Shown piece by piece: positions 1-15,205 of a stretch of DNA of 64,000 nt; position 1 is the stretch's first letter; each line of letters starts with the position of its first letter. The position numbers and the translations under genes are program-made. Origin of the DNA: Trichoplax adhaerens (taxonomy: Eukaryota > Animalia > Placozoa). The notes under the pieces are model-generated. The model saw only the letters and a program-made list of their open reading frames with translations, was not told the origin of the DNA and made no database searches. The stretch covers positions 2,919,302 to 2,983,301 of the forward strand of contig NW_002060943.1 of NCBI RefSeq assembly GCF_000150275.1, in the 5' to 3' direction.

Positions 1-3000
1 TAGGTGCATTAGGAATAGCAGGTTACTTTAAGCAATGCATATTCATTAAAAATAAATCTCATTAATATAAGAATATATCGTATTCTATAGCAACGAGATA
101 ATAACAGCTACCACAAAGCATTTAAGTCTTATGAATTAATTCTAATACTTTAACATTCTTTTCTGATATCTTGAGTCATCGGTATTCTTTTCATTTATAT
201 TGAACTTGTATTCTTAAGTTACTTCTAATAATTAAATAACTATCGAACTATTACTTTCGTGAAATGCCAGTAAAACGGAATGATAATATTGGTGGGGAGG
301 ATATATAATTTGGAGCCGGCAGTGAAAATGGATATCATCATGATATACTGACTTGAATTATGTCGAATAACCCGTCATGTTAGCCATAAGTATGTAGCAC
401 CAGTAAACAGAAGCATATCCAGTCTGTTTAACTATACATGCTTATTGCAGTAGATGTATAAATCCAATGGGTAACGTTTATACATACTGTACTATTTTTA
501 ATGTAGAACACTACCTTCACTTACAGTGTAAGGCGTTTTTATCGCCATATCATAATTTACTACGTATAATCTTATGAATTTATAGACTTTTCGTTACGTA
601 AACTGTAGCTAAGCCGTTGGAAAACTATTATCAACTATTTCGTTAATCGCATTTAGCATACGCTATAACTATAATTTACCCTATAATTATTGCCGTTATC
701 AGTATAAGAGGATAATTGGCATTAATGTAATCGTAACAAAACGAATCATTAGAGCTAAAAATATGTCAGAAATACCTGGTCACTATGTTCAGGCTTCAGA
801 GCTCAAATTTATTTAGAAATCAAATAAGTGCTGTTGGTAGTTTGCAGACTTCATTATTCGATTAGTATCTAAGAACGGATACTTTCGGTTTACAGTTAGT
901 CGTAACGCAGCAAATTCGAATCTGTTACCGTGCAAAAGCTACCGTACTGAAAAGTTCAAGAAAATCAAGTATCGTCATTTACTATTTGGAAACTTAAATG
1001 GATTGAGTAAATATTACGATCGAACTGATATTGACAAGACTACTGGTCAAAATTAAATACAAATTAATAATAATAGCCGACAATATTACATGTACGAAGT
1101 ATTTAACTCTTATAGAGAGCCTGAAATGCTAAATTTTCGATAAATCTTCAAACTCGATAATTGTGCTTCAGTGAGTTATGAAAATAGAACTACAAATATT
1201 TTCTTTGCATCTATCCATAAATTAGTTTACATTAGATTAATTGATTACTTCTAAAATTTTAGCCATTAAACTTAACTTAAACTGCATTTTCTATATCTTT
1301 ACCTGAAATTATTCGAAGTGTCGCAGTATTCTGACCGAGATTTATACCATTGATGCATGAATTATTAACTGAAAATGATCTGAGTTTGTCAGTATTTATA
1401 GTATTGGCTAGACGCTTCAACAATCAAGTTACTGTACGGAAAAAGAGTGGATTATTCTGAGTTATTGACATGTGGCATTTTAACAATGTCGAGGGCTAAG
1501 ATTCTATAGTAACTATTGCGGAAACTATTTAATTAGACAATTTACCAAGCATAAACACGTCTCTTAATCCAGTCACAAAAAGTTACCTTTAGGAAACATG
1601 CTAAAAATTTTCAGAGCACTTCCATCCGTCGCTGATTACAGCCAAATGGCTAATTTACCGAAACAATTAAAAAGCGAAGAACGTCTAGACGTATAGATTT
1701 ATTAAGAATTTCCTTCAGGCTCCAAATTATTCTATTCATCTCAGTTTTATAATCAGATGGTAACTATTAAGTACTCCCATCATTTCGTTAGTAAATAATT
1801 GTAGGTAGCTCGATAAATTTTAGCGACTACAAAAAGAATTGATAGACTAAAATTATTATAATCTCTTAACATCCATGTCCAATAAATTTTAATCAGAGAT
1901 CTAGAAGACGCCTTGCAACTATTTTATTATATCATAGCTGAGATTCTACGTAGACTCTTAAATAGTTGTTCCATTACAGCTACCTGTGCTAATAAGATCG
2001 TGAATGATAGCTACTTTAGAACTTACAGTTGGTATCTATTCCGTATATTAAACCATAAAAATGGTGTCTTGTGTAGTAGCTCTTTATGGCTGATTTTACC
2101 AATGGAAATTATTATGCCAATTTATGATTTCAGCTAAACTAGCATTAAATAATTTAAGTAACAGCATGATTATTAAATTTCATTTTTCAGCCAGAAATAA
2201 TAAACTATATGCTGTAAGATTAAAAAATACAAACACTCTAGATATGATTTTGACATAGAAATGCTCATTGGAATATTATTAGTTCTAAAACGAAGAAATT
2301 ACAGTCCTAGCAGTCATGTCCTTTAATTAAATGATTGAATTCTTGAAGCTACGATAAACAAAAACAAAACATATTTGATAAAAATGATTGAACTATTCGT
2401 TGTCATCTTAAATTTTGTAGAATAAAAGTTTCTCCCAAAAGCAACAAGAATGCAGTTAACTTCTAGTAAAGTGAAATACCTAGTTAATTATTCGAAATTT
2501 AATCATCGGAAATTGAGAGAATAAAAAAGATATTGTGCTTACTACCAGCAAAATATTAAAACATTTCATTAGTACTTTCCTAGGTATTATTCGTATATTG
2601 AAGATATAATAATTATATTGCATCCATTATAAGGTCCTATACCTAGCCCAAAATTTAAGGCGATATATTGGATCAATATGCATTCATTTTTTACCATTCT
2701 GAGAGTATGAAAAAGATATCACTCCTATCCTTAAGTCAAAATTCAAGAATGATTTAATGCCGCGCTAGTTAATTTCTATAACTATGCAAATATTTAGCAT
2801 CTATTGCAAAATTAATTATCTAGCGAAATGTCCAGATAGTAAGAATGGTACGTATTGATTTAACAGTTTATTATTGTTGAAGAAATAAAGAATACAGCAC
2901 GATATTTAACTGGTTTAACTTCAGTTAAACTTAAGAAGATTTTAAGGGTTGTATTAGTCCTTTAGATAATAGTTAATTGCTGTAATTATGTGTAACAGTC

Positions 3001-3419
3001 TGCAAGCTGGAATGTATTCGTACTTTCAAATATTTAAGCACATAGTGCACGCTTATAAACATTTCTACATATACACTTATATAAATGATATTAACACATT
3101 ATTTATCAGCTCATAGAATTAGTACTTTCAAATACAAAATTAAAAAAGCATTTATCATACAAAATAATAATCGAGAAGTGATATAACATTGTATGACATC
3201 ATTCATGTTGTTCAGAAATTGTATCACTCTTTGAACTTACATCAATTCGATATGGTTAAATAATTAACTACGGGTTAAAGAGACATTTACGGACATGTAT
3301 TGATTCAATATATTTCTTTACCATTAAATATATATTGAGTTATTCTGATATTTGTAAGTTTAATAACTCTGGGGCTGATTAGAACAATTATTAAAAACTA
3401 CTCGAAATAAGCTAATAGT

Positions 3420-3900
3420 TTGTTAACAATATGCATCTTTAGTAGTAAACTAATAAGATCCTTTAATATCTTGATATATGAGCCATCCATTTTCATAATA
3501 TAATGACCATTCCTCAGTTAAAGAATTTTTATCGTTAAAGCTATAACAAAATGTGTCAATAATGGGGAAAAATCTTTTAGTTATTTTAGTAACATATATC
3601 TGTAGCGATAAGCTAATGATGTCCTAGATATTTTAACACATGAAGTCATCCACCTTTATAATATTGATGAAACCACTTTCATTTAATAGCTGAATTCATT
3701 GAAGCTGTAACAAAATATGGCAACAATAGAGAAAAGTTAACAGTTACGTTAGTAGAATACATCTGCAGCAATAAGCTAATGAGATCCTTTGATATTTGAT
3801 ACATAAAGGCATCGAATTCCATAATATTAATGACATCTCCTTCATTTAAAAATTGATTTCTTTAAATTATGACAAAAGTACATCAATAATGGCAAAGGTG
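3420..3900. repeat. Diverged tandem repeat, about 3 units of ~160 bp
   Basis: Three aligned copies of the pattern ctaat-a-gatccttt-atat-ttga-a-atga-gcatc...cataatat-aatga...ctataacaaaatgtgtcaataatgg, starting near 3450, 3613 and 3776. Boundaries approximate. Confidence 0.6.
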
Positions 3901-6900
3901 AAACCGTCTGATAAATAAAATATTACTTACATACAATAAGTTTGATTTCGAATAATTTATAAAGCAGTATTTACTGACCGAACCAGAAATTGAAATAAGC
4001 AATAGCGTCAAAGTAAAGTTCAGCTTTATTACAATAATTATAGCTAAGAAAACAAGTAGATAGTTGATCCTTTCTTTATTAGTGAATAGATGACCTGTTA
4101 GATAAACGTTTAAACGGAGTAAAATAGCAGATTCTAATATCTAGAAACAACGTTATTAACGTATTATTCAGCCTAGATTCATTTACTGCAATTAATACCA
4201 TCAATTTGTAAGCTTTCTTATCTGTTAAATACAAATTGGCATCGCCTACATGAAGATATAATGTTTTCATTATGTCGGTAAACAATAATTTCAATCTTAA
4301 GGCTATTGCATATAGTAATTATGTAATGATGAATATCGAACTTTAGACTCATCATTTATATTGCACTTAAGAAATTTAATCGCTAAATTTGGATACCAAT
4401 AATTACAGGAATTTATTGAATAAATAATATTTCAATACATTAGAATAGATAGACGATAAAAGGTGTCCTAAACAAATTAATATGCTGAGTGCTAGAATAA
4501 ATATTTATTTTGAGAGCACCCTTGCGAGATAGATTCATACTGTTATATGTATAACCTAGGTGCTAGTAGGCTGTATTTGTATGTATTAAATACATTAATT
4601 AAGTGTCATTCTAAACACTCTGCCTATGACTCATTCCAATTTGAACAGAAGAAATTCTTTAAAACTTTAATATAAATGGGTTCGAATGAATAGCTGTTAA
4701 AAATTATTTAAGCAAAAATTCAATATTTTAATTCAAGGCTGTTATAGTTATTATATTCAAAAAACTGATAAAAACAAGAAAATGCTATAGAGTTACGTCA
4801 TTGGCGCCATATTATATTTGGTTATTAAGATAATTGTTATTGAAAAATAGTATCTGAATAATCACTTCATTTATGATTACAGAAATAGTTTTATAGAATT
4901 TCAATTTTAGTATACAGTGCAATGAAAAGGCGAAGGTCGAAGAAATAGTTACTAAGCTACCATTGCAAAATGGCATCTAAATAACCAGTTTATTTATGGT
5001 TAAATATACATAATTTTATATCATTTCAATTTTAATGCACAGTGCTATGAAAAGGAAATAGTTAAACAAATAGCTACTGTTCTATCATGTGCAAATTTAC
5101 CGAAGTAGTTTTTCGTCCTAAGTTAATAACACAACCCATTAACAAATTACTACACAGCTACAAAGAGTAATTTAAACGTAGTATAAGCTTATTAAAATAC
5201 TTAAAAGTTTGTTTGCAACAATGATAAATGATACACTAGATCGATTATGGTATCGGCAAACATTTAAAACAACAACAAACAATAACTAAACTTTTACAGT
5301 CACTTATTGGTGCCTCTTTCAATCTTGCAATAATTAGAAAGATTGAATTTATATTCACAACATAATTGAACTATCGGACACTATCGAGAGACATCGATTA
5401 CAATTAAAATCATGACGGCAGTTTTCTAATTTAAGACTCTTACGTAGAGCTAACTTCCTACTTGTCAGTATTGTAAATTACTTGTCATAATGATAGTTGA
5501 TATAGTAATCGTAATAAATTTTCAAACTTGAAATATAATGTATTGAAATGATCAAGTTTAATTAATTTTTAATATTGTGTTGTCTTTTAAAAATAATGAA
5601 TGATAATTTAAATTCGTAGAAAAGCATTGGTGCTTATCGTATTGTATCCATTTCAATCAATTTTGATCAAGTATTGTATAATTGCTTGACATTAGCTAAA
5701 GAAGCTCTTTCAACTACACAGAATTTATTGTAGAAGTCCAATCTATTTTAAAACATCTACTTTGTTATTTAGGCATTGAATAGATAGAATTGAAAAGTTG
5801 GACTGGTAACTAATATTGGTAATTGTCAACTCTGGCGCCGTGCAACGGAAACCCCATTATATCATCTTAGACTACTTAGACTACCTGGCGCTATTTCAAC
5901 TTCCTTCCTATTCCTACTCTTACAGAGTCGATATCTTAAGAGTAAATTTCCACTCAATAATAAATGAGACATAAATTTCTTATCTATCTGCATTAAATAT
6001 AATAAAATTACATGAAGATCCAATATTATTATAAAATCTTTTACATGAGAATTAATTAATTAATCAATCTGTTTTGTCCAATTAGAGATTATTTTTAATT
6101 AATTACTATAAAATTTACTTTCATCAATATGAATCAATATTGTCTGTTTAGAGATTATGTTTAATCGTGAAGAATTTCAAATTAAGCCTCCGTTTCGTCT
6201 TGGTGATATGCCTTTGATGATTCCCATATCCTAAATTGATGAAAGTATTTTCTCGAGGTTATCAAATTATTTGCTATAATTTATACGAGGCAGTTATTTT
6301 ATAATTGTAAATGAAGGAAATTACTGTGAATGAAATAAGGTATATTAATACTGGGTATATGAATTTTACCTAAAATACAGACGATAATTGTAAGATAGAA
6401 TATTTTCTCAGATAACATTATCTGAGGTCAGAATAATACGGTAGTATCCGCTATTTTAATAAATTATCAAGTTTAAAATAAAATTTCAATTCATTATTAT
6501 ACGCCAAACTTAAGCAGTTGAATAACGCTAACTGCGACAAATTTCCTTATTTAATGTAGGCGCACGCGGAGACAACCAAATTTCGAATTAATTAAAGAAA
6601 TGAGATAATAATTGGATATAAACTTTTTTTTTACTCATTGATCATGGATGGCAGAAGTGATTGAAATTGAAAATTATTTCTTACACGCACGCTTCCTTCA
6701 AGAATGTAATTTTAATACATAGCTAGACTTATAACTACAGCGGAAATAGCAAGATTTTTAAAATTGAAATTTAAAAATATGGACTTTTCATTATTTTATC
6801 TAGCTAAGTCATTAATAATAAGTATCATTTGTGTCTAACATATTTAGAACTCGTCATAAAATTAATGTAGCCTAAAACTTGTAAATTGTAAAGTAAAGTA

Positions 6901-9152
6901 ATGTATTAAGTATATTTACTCCTAACCTAGCTATCTGCAAAGCTGATGAAGAATATCGTAACTCTTTCTACACGATTGTAAAATATCTCACCTTCAACAT
7001 TACTTAAAATATATTAAGATGTATAAATTTTTAAACTATTTTTTACAGTGATTCTAGCTAATCTCATACCAGCCAGTTTACTGTTACCAATAGATTATTT
7101 TTCCTATTTCTGCTGTGCTTCTAATTGAGTTCGAGCTTTTATCTGTCATCGCCGTAAAATCACTCAGATTAATTTAAAGATATGGATGCTGAAGAATTGA
7201 CGTAAAATTCGCATCAGTGAACATTAACAACGAAAAGTTTGTTCAATTTACCCATTATATTTCGACATTGATAGCAAATTTAAAATTTGCTATCGCACTA
7301 TATTGTCAATTTTCTTTCTCGGAGTTTGTCGTGTAAATTATACTGTAAATATTGAAAGCAGCTTACGAAAGGCAACTAATCTTCTCTTTCGATCAGAAAA
7401 GATGGATACAGAATCAATGCGCAAGTAGAATGATTACTATGGCATAATCAGAATAATTTATAGTCATTTATGAAGTTATTTTTTTCCCTAACATCATGCC
7501 AAGTAGACATAATAATTGGACATATACTACATATCATCACTTGGACTTTGCGTTAAATCGAAAGGATTTTGCTTCTAATTTTAAAAAAGACTCAACCTTT
7601 AAGATCAAGAATATATTTAGAATATTTTCCAAAATTTATAAAGCATATCATAGAGATAGCTCAATTCTTTTCTAGGATACGATGGCTTGATAATCAAGTT
7701 TTATGTCCACGATTTTCTATTCGGATGGTTGGAGAAACTATCTTGTCATCAGGAAGCAAATATTGTAATAATGCAACGAAAATTCCTTCAGTGATTAACG
7801 GAACTACCATTTCGTACTGTATCCTTCCACTTTCTTCTATTATCCCATAACTACAGAATTTGAATTATCTTTATTAACCAATGGAGATAAAAATAGTTTC
7901 AAATTACTGGCGTAAGATAAATCTAATAAGTTATGAAAGCATGCTGCAAAAGATATTAAAGCTCCAGTGCAAATAAATGCACTTGGATGATAGATAATGA
8001 TCCAGGCTTACATAAAATATAAACCAAATACAACACGAGCTTTAATGGAATAGATCTTGTTTTCCTTGGAGAATCATCTCAGAGAACCTTCAGAAAACAA
8101 ATGATATTTACCTAATATTTACTTTGCAGGCTAAATGATGGATTTCTGCTAAGATTATTCAACTAAAAATATCATTTTAATGTCTCCCTTCCTATATCAT
8201 TACCTCGAATTTGAATTTTTAACCTATCTTAGGGCATCAGCGTAATACTGCTTCAGATTCAGTTCGCAAATTAGATATTAAAAGGGCATAAAAACTAGGA
8301 CAAAAAATATTCTAATCAACATTTGCTAGCTTTACCTTGGCAAACTACGCTGCGTAGACTATCGTGTAAAAAGCTAGCAGCAAAGAAATTACTTTATCAA
8401 CGATCATGCAGTTCTTAAACAGTGCGAGGCAAAGAAATTTACATTTATAGATGTTATGTTATTCCACAAATAGTAGTATTAATGACTAGGCTAAAATACT
8501 ATAGATAAACTGCACTTTGATTTCGGTATGAAGTAGGAATGAACTAAATTTTAGCTCGGGTAGCTAAAAATAATGTACACATTTACGATTGAAGACTTTT
8601 ATAAGCAGTATTTACTTATTTTACTTGTCCCTGGTAGAATGGTAAATGGTAAGATCATTCTGAAAGAATTTGGAAAAGTCTGGTTTATGTCTTGTATAAA
8701 GATTACCAAATCGTTCTGCAAGAAGTATCAATTAGGGTGTTATTAATGTAACTGGTTTATTCTTAGAATAAGCGAAATACCAAGATACATTAATAAATAT
8801 CATATCAATGATATGTTAACATATAGGGCAAAGGCTAATAAACTTATTGTGAAAATTCGACAGTATCATTAATTCTGAACGAAATTTTAAATTCAATTCC
8901 AAATTTTATGCACAGATACTGTATTGTTCGTTAAGATTGCAAAGTTTGAATGCATAACTCAATACTTATACCGTAGTGAATTTAAAGTTAATAGAAAGGT
9001 ATTACAACAAATTTTAGCGAGGATAGATAATTGCTTATCTTTGAAGTAATAACGGTAATTGCCATCTAGCGATGGATTATTCTATGTTTACAAATTAAAA
9101 TAGAAATACTTATAATGTTTACGGTAATATATTATAAGTTGGAGTTTCCAAT

Positions 9153-10187
9153 TTATGCCAATATGGCATCGGAAGCGTTGCAGTAATACTGATGTAGATA
9201 CTTTAATTTCTTACGAAGTGATCTATTGGTAATAATATAAGCCAATGGATTAAGTGCAGTGGTAATTAAACATATTAAGTGTATTAAATTAACTTGATTA
9301 ATCGATACTCTGAATAACACGTTCGATTTATACTCACAATGTACCAGTAATACCATAGCTAATGGTATTAAACACACAAGATGCGCTATAGTAATAAAAA
9401 GTGTTATAGCAATGGATTTACGGATATTTATAGCATGTTTAGGAAATGCTTTTACTTTAGTATTGTATTTACCTTTAATAAGGGCAATTATGAAAATGAT
9501 GCTATAGCAAATTAAGACAGTACATATAGTTAAGAATAATAAGGCTATTAATATCATAAGATACAAACGATAGGTTGTATGAAATAATTCGATTTTTTCA
9601 GTTTCTGATTCGATAGGTTCTGTCGAATGCGATCGTTGTTGTGGAATGCGATCTAGCATAATTAAGAAAAAGATCAACGGAACTACGGCAATAATTAGAG
9701 CTGAGCACCATGTTAAAATTAATAGGTTGACCAATTTTTTTCTTGTCACCATACCAGTATAATTATACGGAGAGGCAATGGCAAAGCATCGATCAATATT
9801 GACGGCCATCATCATGATTAAAGATATCCCGAATATAAACAGCAAGAAGGAATTTAAAATTTGATATAAGACCAAAGTCGTCATCGAGTATTGCATTACA
9901 TTAACGATGATGTGGAAAGGTATTACAACCAATGCCATTAATAAATTGGCTGATGCTAAGTTCGCTAAGAAAATATTGTTGGTACTTCTTAATTCAGGCC
10001 ATCGATAAATCACGGATAAATACGTGACATTGCCTAGAGTGCTAAGGACCACTATAGCTGCATAAACGATATTTAAATAAATGGAATTGGATAGACCCAT
10101 CTGCATTCCATATGTACCTTTTGTTGCGTTGGATCCAAGCACAGACAAGATTGAAGATGAATCTACGGAAAGTATGGATTCCATCAT
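9153..10187 (-). CDS. Orphan rhodopsin-like (class A) GPCR, 344 aa, intronless CDS
   Basis: Seven hydrophobic segments; GN in TM1, NIFLANLASAN in TM2, DRCFAI (DRY variant), W in TM4, CLIP in TM6, NPLAY (NPxxY) and helix 8 NRSLRKKL. Strong acceptor (ctatttccctttag) at 10203-10202, just upstream of the ATG, implies a 5' UTR intron. Confidence 0.93.
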   Translation of the reverse strand: MMESILSVDSSSILSVLGSNATKGTYGMQMGLSNSIYLNIVYAAIVVLSTLGNVTYLSVIYRWPELRSTNNIFLANLASANLLMALVVIPFHIIVNVMQYSMTTLVLYQILNSFLLFIFGISLIMMMAVNIDRCFAIASPYNYTGMVTRKKLVNLLILTWCSALIIAVVPLIFFLIMLDRIPQQRSHSTEPIESETEKIELFHTTYRLYLMILIALLFLTICTVLICYSIIFIIALIKGKYNTKVKAFPKHAINIRKSIAITLFITIAHLVCLIPLAMVLLVHCEYKSNVLFRVSINQVNLIHLICLITTALNPLAYIITNRSLRKKLKYLHQYYCNASDAILA

Positions 10188-12139
10188 GACTGATATACCA
10201 ACTAAAGGGAAATAGAAAGAGGTTTAATGCTATCCGCTATATATACCTTTGGCTATGGGTGGATCAGAGGAAGTGCGGAAACAAAAAGTGATTATTAGAA
10301 TAAATGCATCAACAAAGTTCATACTTGACAGTTTATGTTATCAACAACCTTTTCAAAATAATTGATTATTCAATTAAATAATTAATTCAACCCGACAATA
10401 TCTTCAGTATATCTAGTTACAGCCTGTGTTATTATTCATTTGTTTACCTAAACTTATATTGCTATCCAGGATAAGATCGACTATCATTCAGTGTAAAATA
10501 ATTAGCGGAAAATAAAATCCTTTTTAAACAATAAATTCTTTTATGAAAAAAAGAAAAAATAGAAAGAGATGATGCTGACCATTGTCGCTGAATGAGTCTT
10601 GATTTTTGTCTTGATTATCGTAGTAGAAATTAAAAATTAAAGATTACCATTAATCACTAAATATCTTTTTTCTATTGGGATATTAGTTTGATGACAATAT
10701 AAACTCATTTTAAAAGAGTATACTATCGCATTTATTTATACTCTACGATACTTTCTTCATTATTGGCTCAATGATGACAATAAATTATACTCATGTATGA
10801 TAAACTCTAATATAGCTTACGTTACTAACTTGACTGCTAGGGCATAAGTACTTTCAATTGGTAAAGGGTAAACCGGATCAGAGCCATAAAACGGATTAGA
10901 TATTTAGTTGTACCCTAGATACATCGGCAACTTCCACTGTCACAACTTGCACTCTATATTTCTGAACAAGGTTTCCTTCCTTGTCAGTTCAACGCCTAGA
11001 CGACTGCTAGAATGGTATATCCTTCTTTAAGGTACCGATACGTAAGTAGATATAGTAATATACTGTATGATTAAACAATAACTCAGCAGTAAACATCAAT
11101 GCGAAACACTTGATTAATTGCTCTAAACTACTGTTTCATTTAAAAAATTATTAAATAATAACGGCGACTTACAGGTCGCAAAATTGACTGTTTTTATTAG
11201 AATAACAAACAAAACGGTAACTCAGTAGCTACTAGGAAGTCCTTAATTAATTAATCATAAAGAAAAAATTTATTCATTCAGCTATTATTAAGCAATGAAA
11301 TGGCGCTCTCAATTCCTCTTAGAAATGATTCAATAATCTTGAATTGATTGTTTTCATAACTGATGCCTTATATACAACTAGTCTAATTGTTTACTTTGCC
11401 AAATTAATTTATCCTTCCATTAGCCAATCCTGTCTCATTATTGTCGTATCTATTGCATAGACAAATGTAATACAGTAGTAAAGCCTACGAGTATTCCCAA
11501 TAGTTAATTCATTCATCAATTCAGCCTCTTTTCAGACGGCAGGGGACATAAAATCCCTATTCTAATAAAATATAAATGAAAACTAGCCTAATATCTTTAC
11601 AACCGTTTTCCATATACTCGAAATCACATTTATGATATGATATCATGTAATTTTGGAAAACTGCTGAACATATATCTTAATGTTGGAAGCGCATCAAGTA
11701 GTTTCAATATCTTTTAATCATTCTAATAGTATGTATAACCTTAAAGCCGCATCTGCTAGATTAATATTTTTAATCTTTTAGCTACTATACTTCATGAGAC
11801 TATGCTTCGGAATTGTTAAATCTAGGAATTAATTTTATAGTACACAAATTTTTTTGTCCTTTTGTTGCAATCTTAAGCTGCGATGTTCGCATAGAATACA
11901 AGAATGGCACCGGTAATCAACTCTGCTTGTATTATAAACATTGTTCATCGTCCAGGGCTATGATAATGTCAGTGTTAATAGCACCTTCAAATGTCAAAAA
12001 AAATTAATAAATAATCTTTCTTTTAAATATAATACCGTCCGCAATTAAGATTAATGTTGTTTTTGAAACTATCATTCTCTAAAGATTTTATTAATTATTG
12101 AATAATTACTTGTAGATGTTGCGATGATTATTAATATTG

Positions 12140-12745
12140 CACTTATCCTTTAGTGTTTAAGCATTGAATATTATTATGCATTTCGCTGTATCATAACGAT
12201 ACAGTTGATTTGGATTCTGCTCAATTGCAATGTGATCAATTATCAGAAATAGTTTCTTAAGGAAACAAAAGATGAATCGCTAACAGAATGACCTCCTATA
12301 GTATCGAAATTGATTATTCTTTAGGATTGCAATTAACTTTTTTCCATCTTTCCAGAAGACAATAATTGAAAGAAGAAAACAATTAATCATGCTTTCTCAC
12401 CGCTTTCGCTATTTTAATAGCTATCATTATTCTGTTATTATCAGTAAATTCAACTCATGCTTTAGGAAGTATTGGATAATATTGCTTATTTTGCTAAGTC
12501 ATACTTGATGGAATACGATAAGATTCTGTCAAATTGCAACGTGATGATACGTTACACGATATAGTTCCATAAGCAAGGATAAATTGTTAACAGAATTGCT
12601 TTCCACAGTATGGAAATTGAATATTGCGAAGAAATTTAATTTAATTTTTCCTTCATTTTTACAGTAAACAATAAGTAGAAGAAGGAAATAATCAGTCACG
12701 TTTTCTTACCACGCTTCACATTATAATATTTATCATTATTTTAGA
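12140..12745. repeat. Old tandem duplication, 2 units of ~310 bp
   Basis: gattctg-caattgcaa-gtgat...taacagaat...agtat-gaaattga...aataa-t-gaagaag-aaa-aat-a-tca-g-tttct-acc appears twice (about 12213-12430 and 12522-12740). Confidence 0.55.
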
Positions 12746-15205
12746 TCTCATTTATAATCCGTATTTTATCAAGTTGATGTGATAGATTCTCTTCATTAAA
12801 CATAAAGAACATCTGAACGAAGAAATTAGATTAATGTCTTACTCAATGTTCTCTCATTAGTTTCATGGATATTTGACGCTCTTTCAATTAAGGGAAATCT
12901 ACTTTAAATATAAAGCACATACTCACATTACTTATTGTTTATTGATAGCTAACCCAACCCATTCAAAATATAGAGCGAATAATGTATCTGTCCAATTAAT
13001 GTTATACTCAATATAAAATCATTTTTATCATGTCAACAAAGTTGATGATTTAAACGAATTAAGCAGGTTGCAATTTAGACTATCTATTACTTCATCTTAA
13101 TTAACGATGATTATATAATAGTACAATTAATTATATGAGCCGCACAATAACACCAGTATCAAATTAAACATCAATAAATGTGTGTAGCCCCTGATTTAAT
13201 TTTATCCTATTCGTAATTTTATTCATACGGTTTAAAAACTATCGTATTCAGGTAGAACCTTCTCTAATAAGACAGAAACATACAAATCATTTCCGAAGGA
13301 AAGAGAGCAATAGTCATACCGTAGAAATATTGCAAAAGGGATCATTATTAAATTATTATCTTCGTTCAATTCTCCAATTTAGAGGCAGATATCGAAAGAA
13401 TCTTGAAAAGATCAGGATTATGTTTCCTTAAAAATCAGTAGCATCAAACAAGATAAATAAATAGGATATAATATATTCTTTCATCTTTAAGGAGATAGGA
13501 ATACTGATAAATTTATTTTATACCCTGGGGAATAGACATGCAAAGAAGATGTACTATGGATTTTCTGTACTGTACATTTTTAATAACCATTTTATAATGA
13601 CATAGTTGTAGCTAATATCCAAATAACATTTATAACGTCCATTTTCCGAACCGTAATTGTTAGCGCCTTTGCGTCTAAATGCCTTCAGGACGCGAATTTT
13701 CGTCTTACTTTCCATGTTTGACGTCAGAAAGAACAAATGCAAATTGTCACTTGATTACAAATAATATCTTTTTCCAGAGCGTACTGGCAAATTCTTTGCC
13801 CTATTTCAAGGACACCCTCACTTAGGATTATTCTGTTTAATTTCCGTGAACATAATGTGGGCGCTTCCATCATGAGGCAATTTGGATGGAGGAAGATTTT
13901 CACATTTCCTCTTTTCCTAACGCTTAAAATTTAGGAAATAATTTTATCATTTCACATTTATGCATCTATCAACAATAGCTTATCCTCTACTCTCTAGTAC
14001 AATATTTTATGACAGTTCCAAATCTTCGTTTGTCGGTCCCATCTAGCAGAAAAATGAGTAAGACGAAGTTTGCTTGCTATCAAATCAAATGAAATATTTG
14101 AATTTGAAACAAATTCAGCTAGTGCGAATGAATAAATCTGTTTTAATCACTATTTGATACTAGTTACACGTAGATTTTGTCATTTCTAGTATTATGAAAT
14201 TATGTAGGATACCAAGTATTGTAGAATTTCAATATTTTAATTTTAAATGCAATACTCACTTATCAAATGATTGATTTATTATATTATGTTTATGTCTAAA
14301 TCAAGAAGACAGATCAATAGATCAATTTACGCCGGTTTTGCCGGTTATCATATCATCAGGCTGCTTTAAATTATTTCTTTAAATGGAAAAAAACTTCATA
14401 TATACAAAAATTAAGCTGCTAAATTGTCCTAGTAGTCCTTATTCTATCAGGATTATTCACTTTCATTATAGCTAGAGCCATATATAAGCCTGAAAGACGG
14501 CTAAAAATTGAATCGAAGTATGATCTATTCCTTGGAAATATCATAAGAATCGTGTCGAAAATTTGAAACCTCCATAATTTACGCCCTCTCCACACTCTAA
14601 GAATTGGTTGGATAAAATTAGGTGTTATAAATATCAGGTAATTACATAAATATTGTAGGGTAGCTTAACTTGGGTACTATGAGAACTTTATATCAGTTCT
14701 TACCCTTTATTTAGCCAGAGTCCATTTTCAATCATTTTCATCCGGTCTGTTTCGATCGATTCGCCATAGGAATACTGGCAGAATGGCCAAATAAAAACCA
14801 TTAACTTCTATCATATCCATAATAGGATTCTATTCTATGTCAAAGGTTGGTTAAAATATTATTCCACTATTATTTTAACGTATTCTGACGATATTGTTAC
14901 AGTATAAATGTTGAAGCCACTCCAAATTCGTTACTCGAAAGGAATAGTATGGACACCTATACACAGGATATGACATAAAATTAAAAATAGGCAGGCCAAC
15001 CCGATCTAATATGGAAAGTTATTTTTGGGAATTGAGAATGGTTGTTAAGTATAGATCTTATCTGTCTTGTATGGATTCTTTTTTTATTTAGTATTTGTCT
15101 ATGCTGAAGCTTATTTAATTCCTGCACATAGGAACAAGTCCTCATAGCATAAGTTCGATTTGAGAGTACTTTCATCTCGTTTTCACCATCCACGAAATAT
15201 TAAAG

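Noticed and set aside
1-9100. Short ORFs at 1913, 4079 and 7569
   Set aside because: Non-ATG starts, no motifs, no consistent exon chain found.
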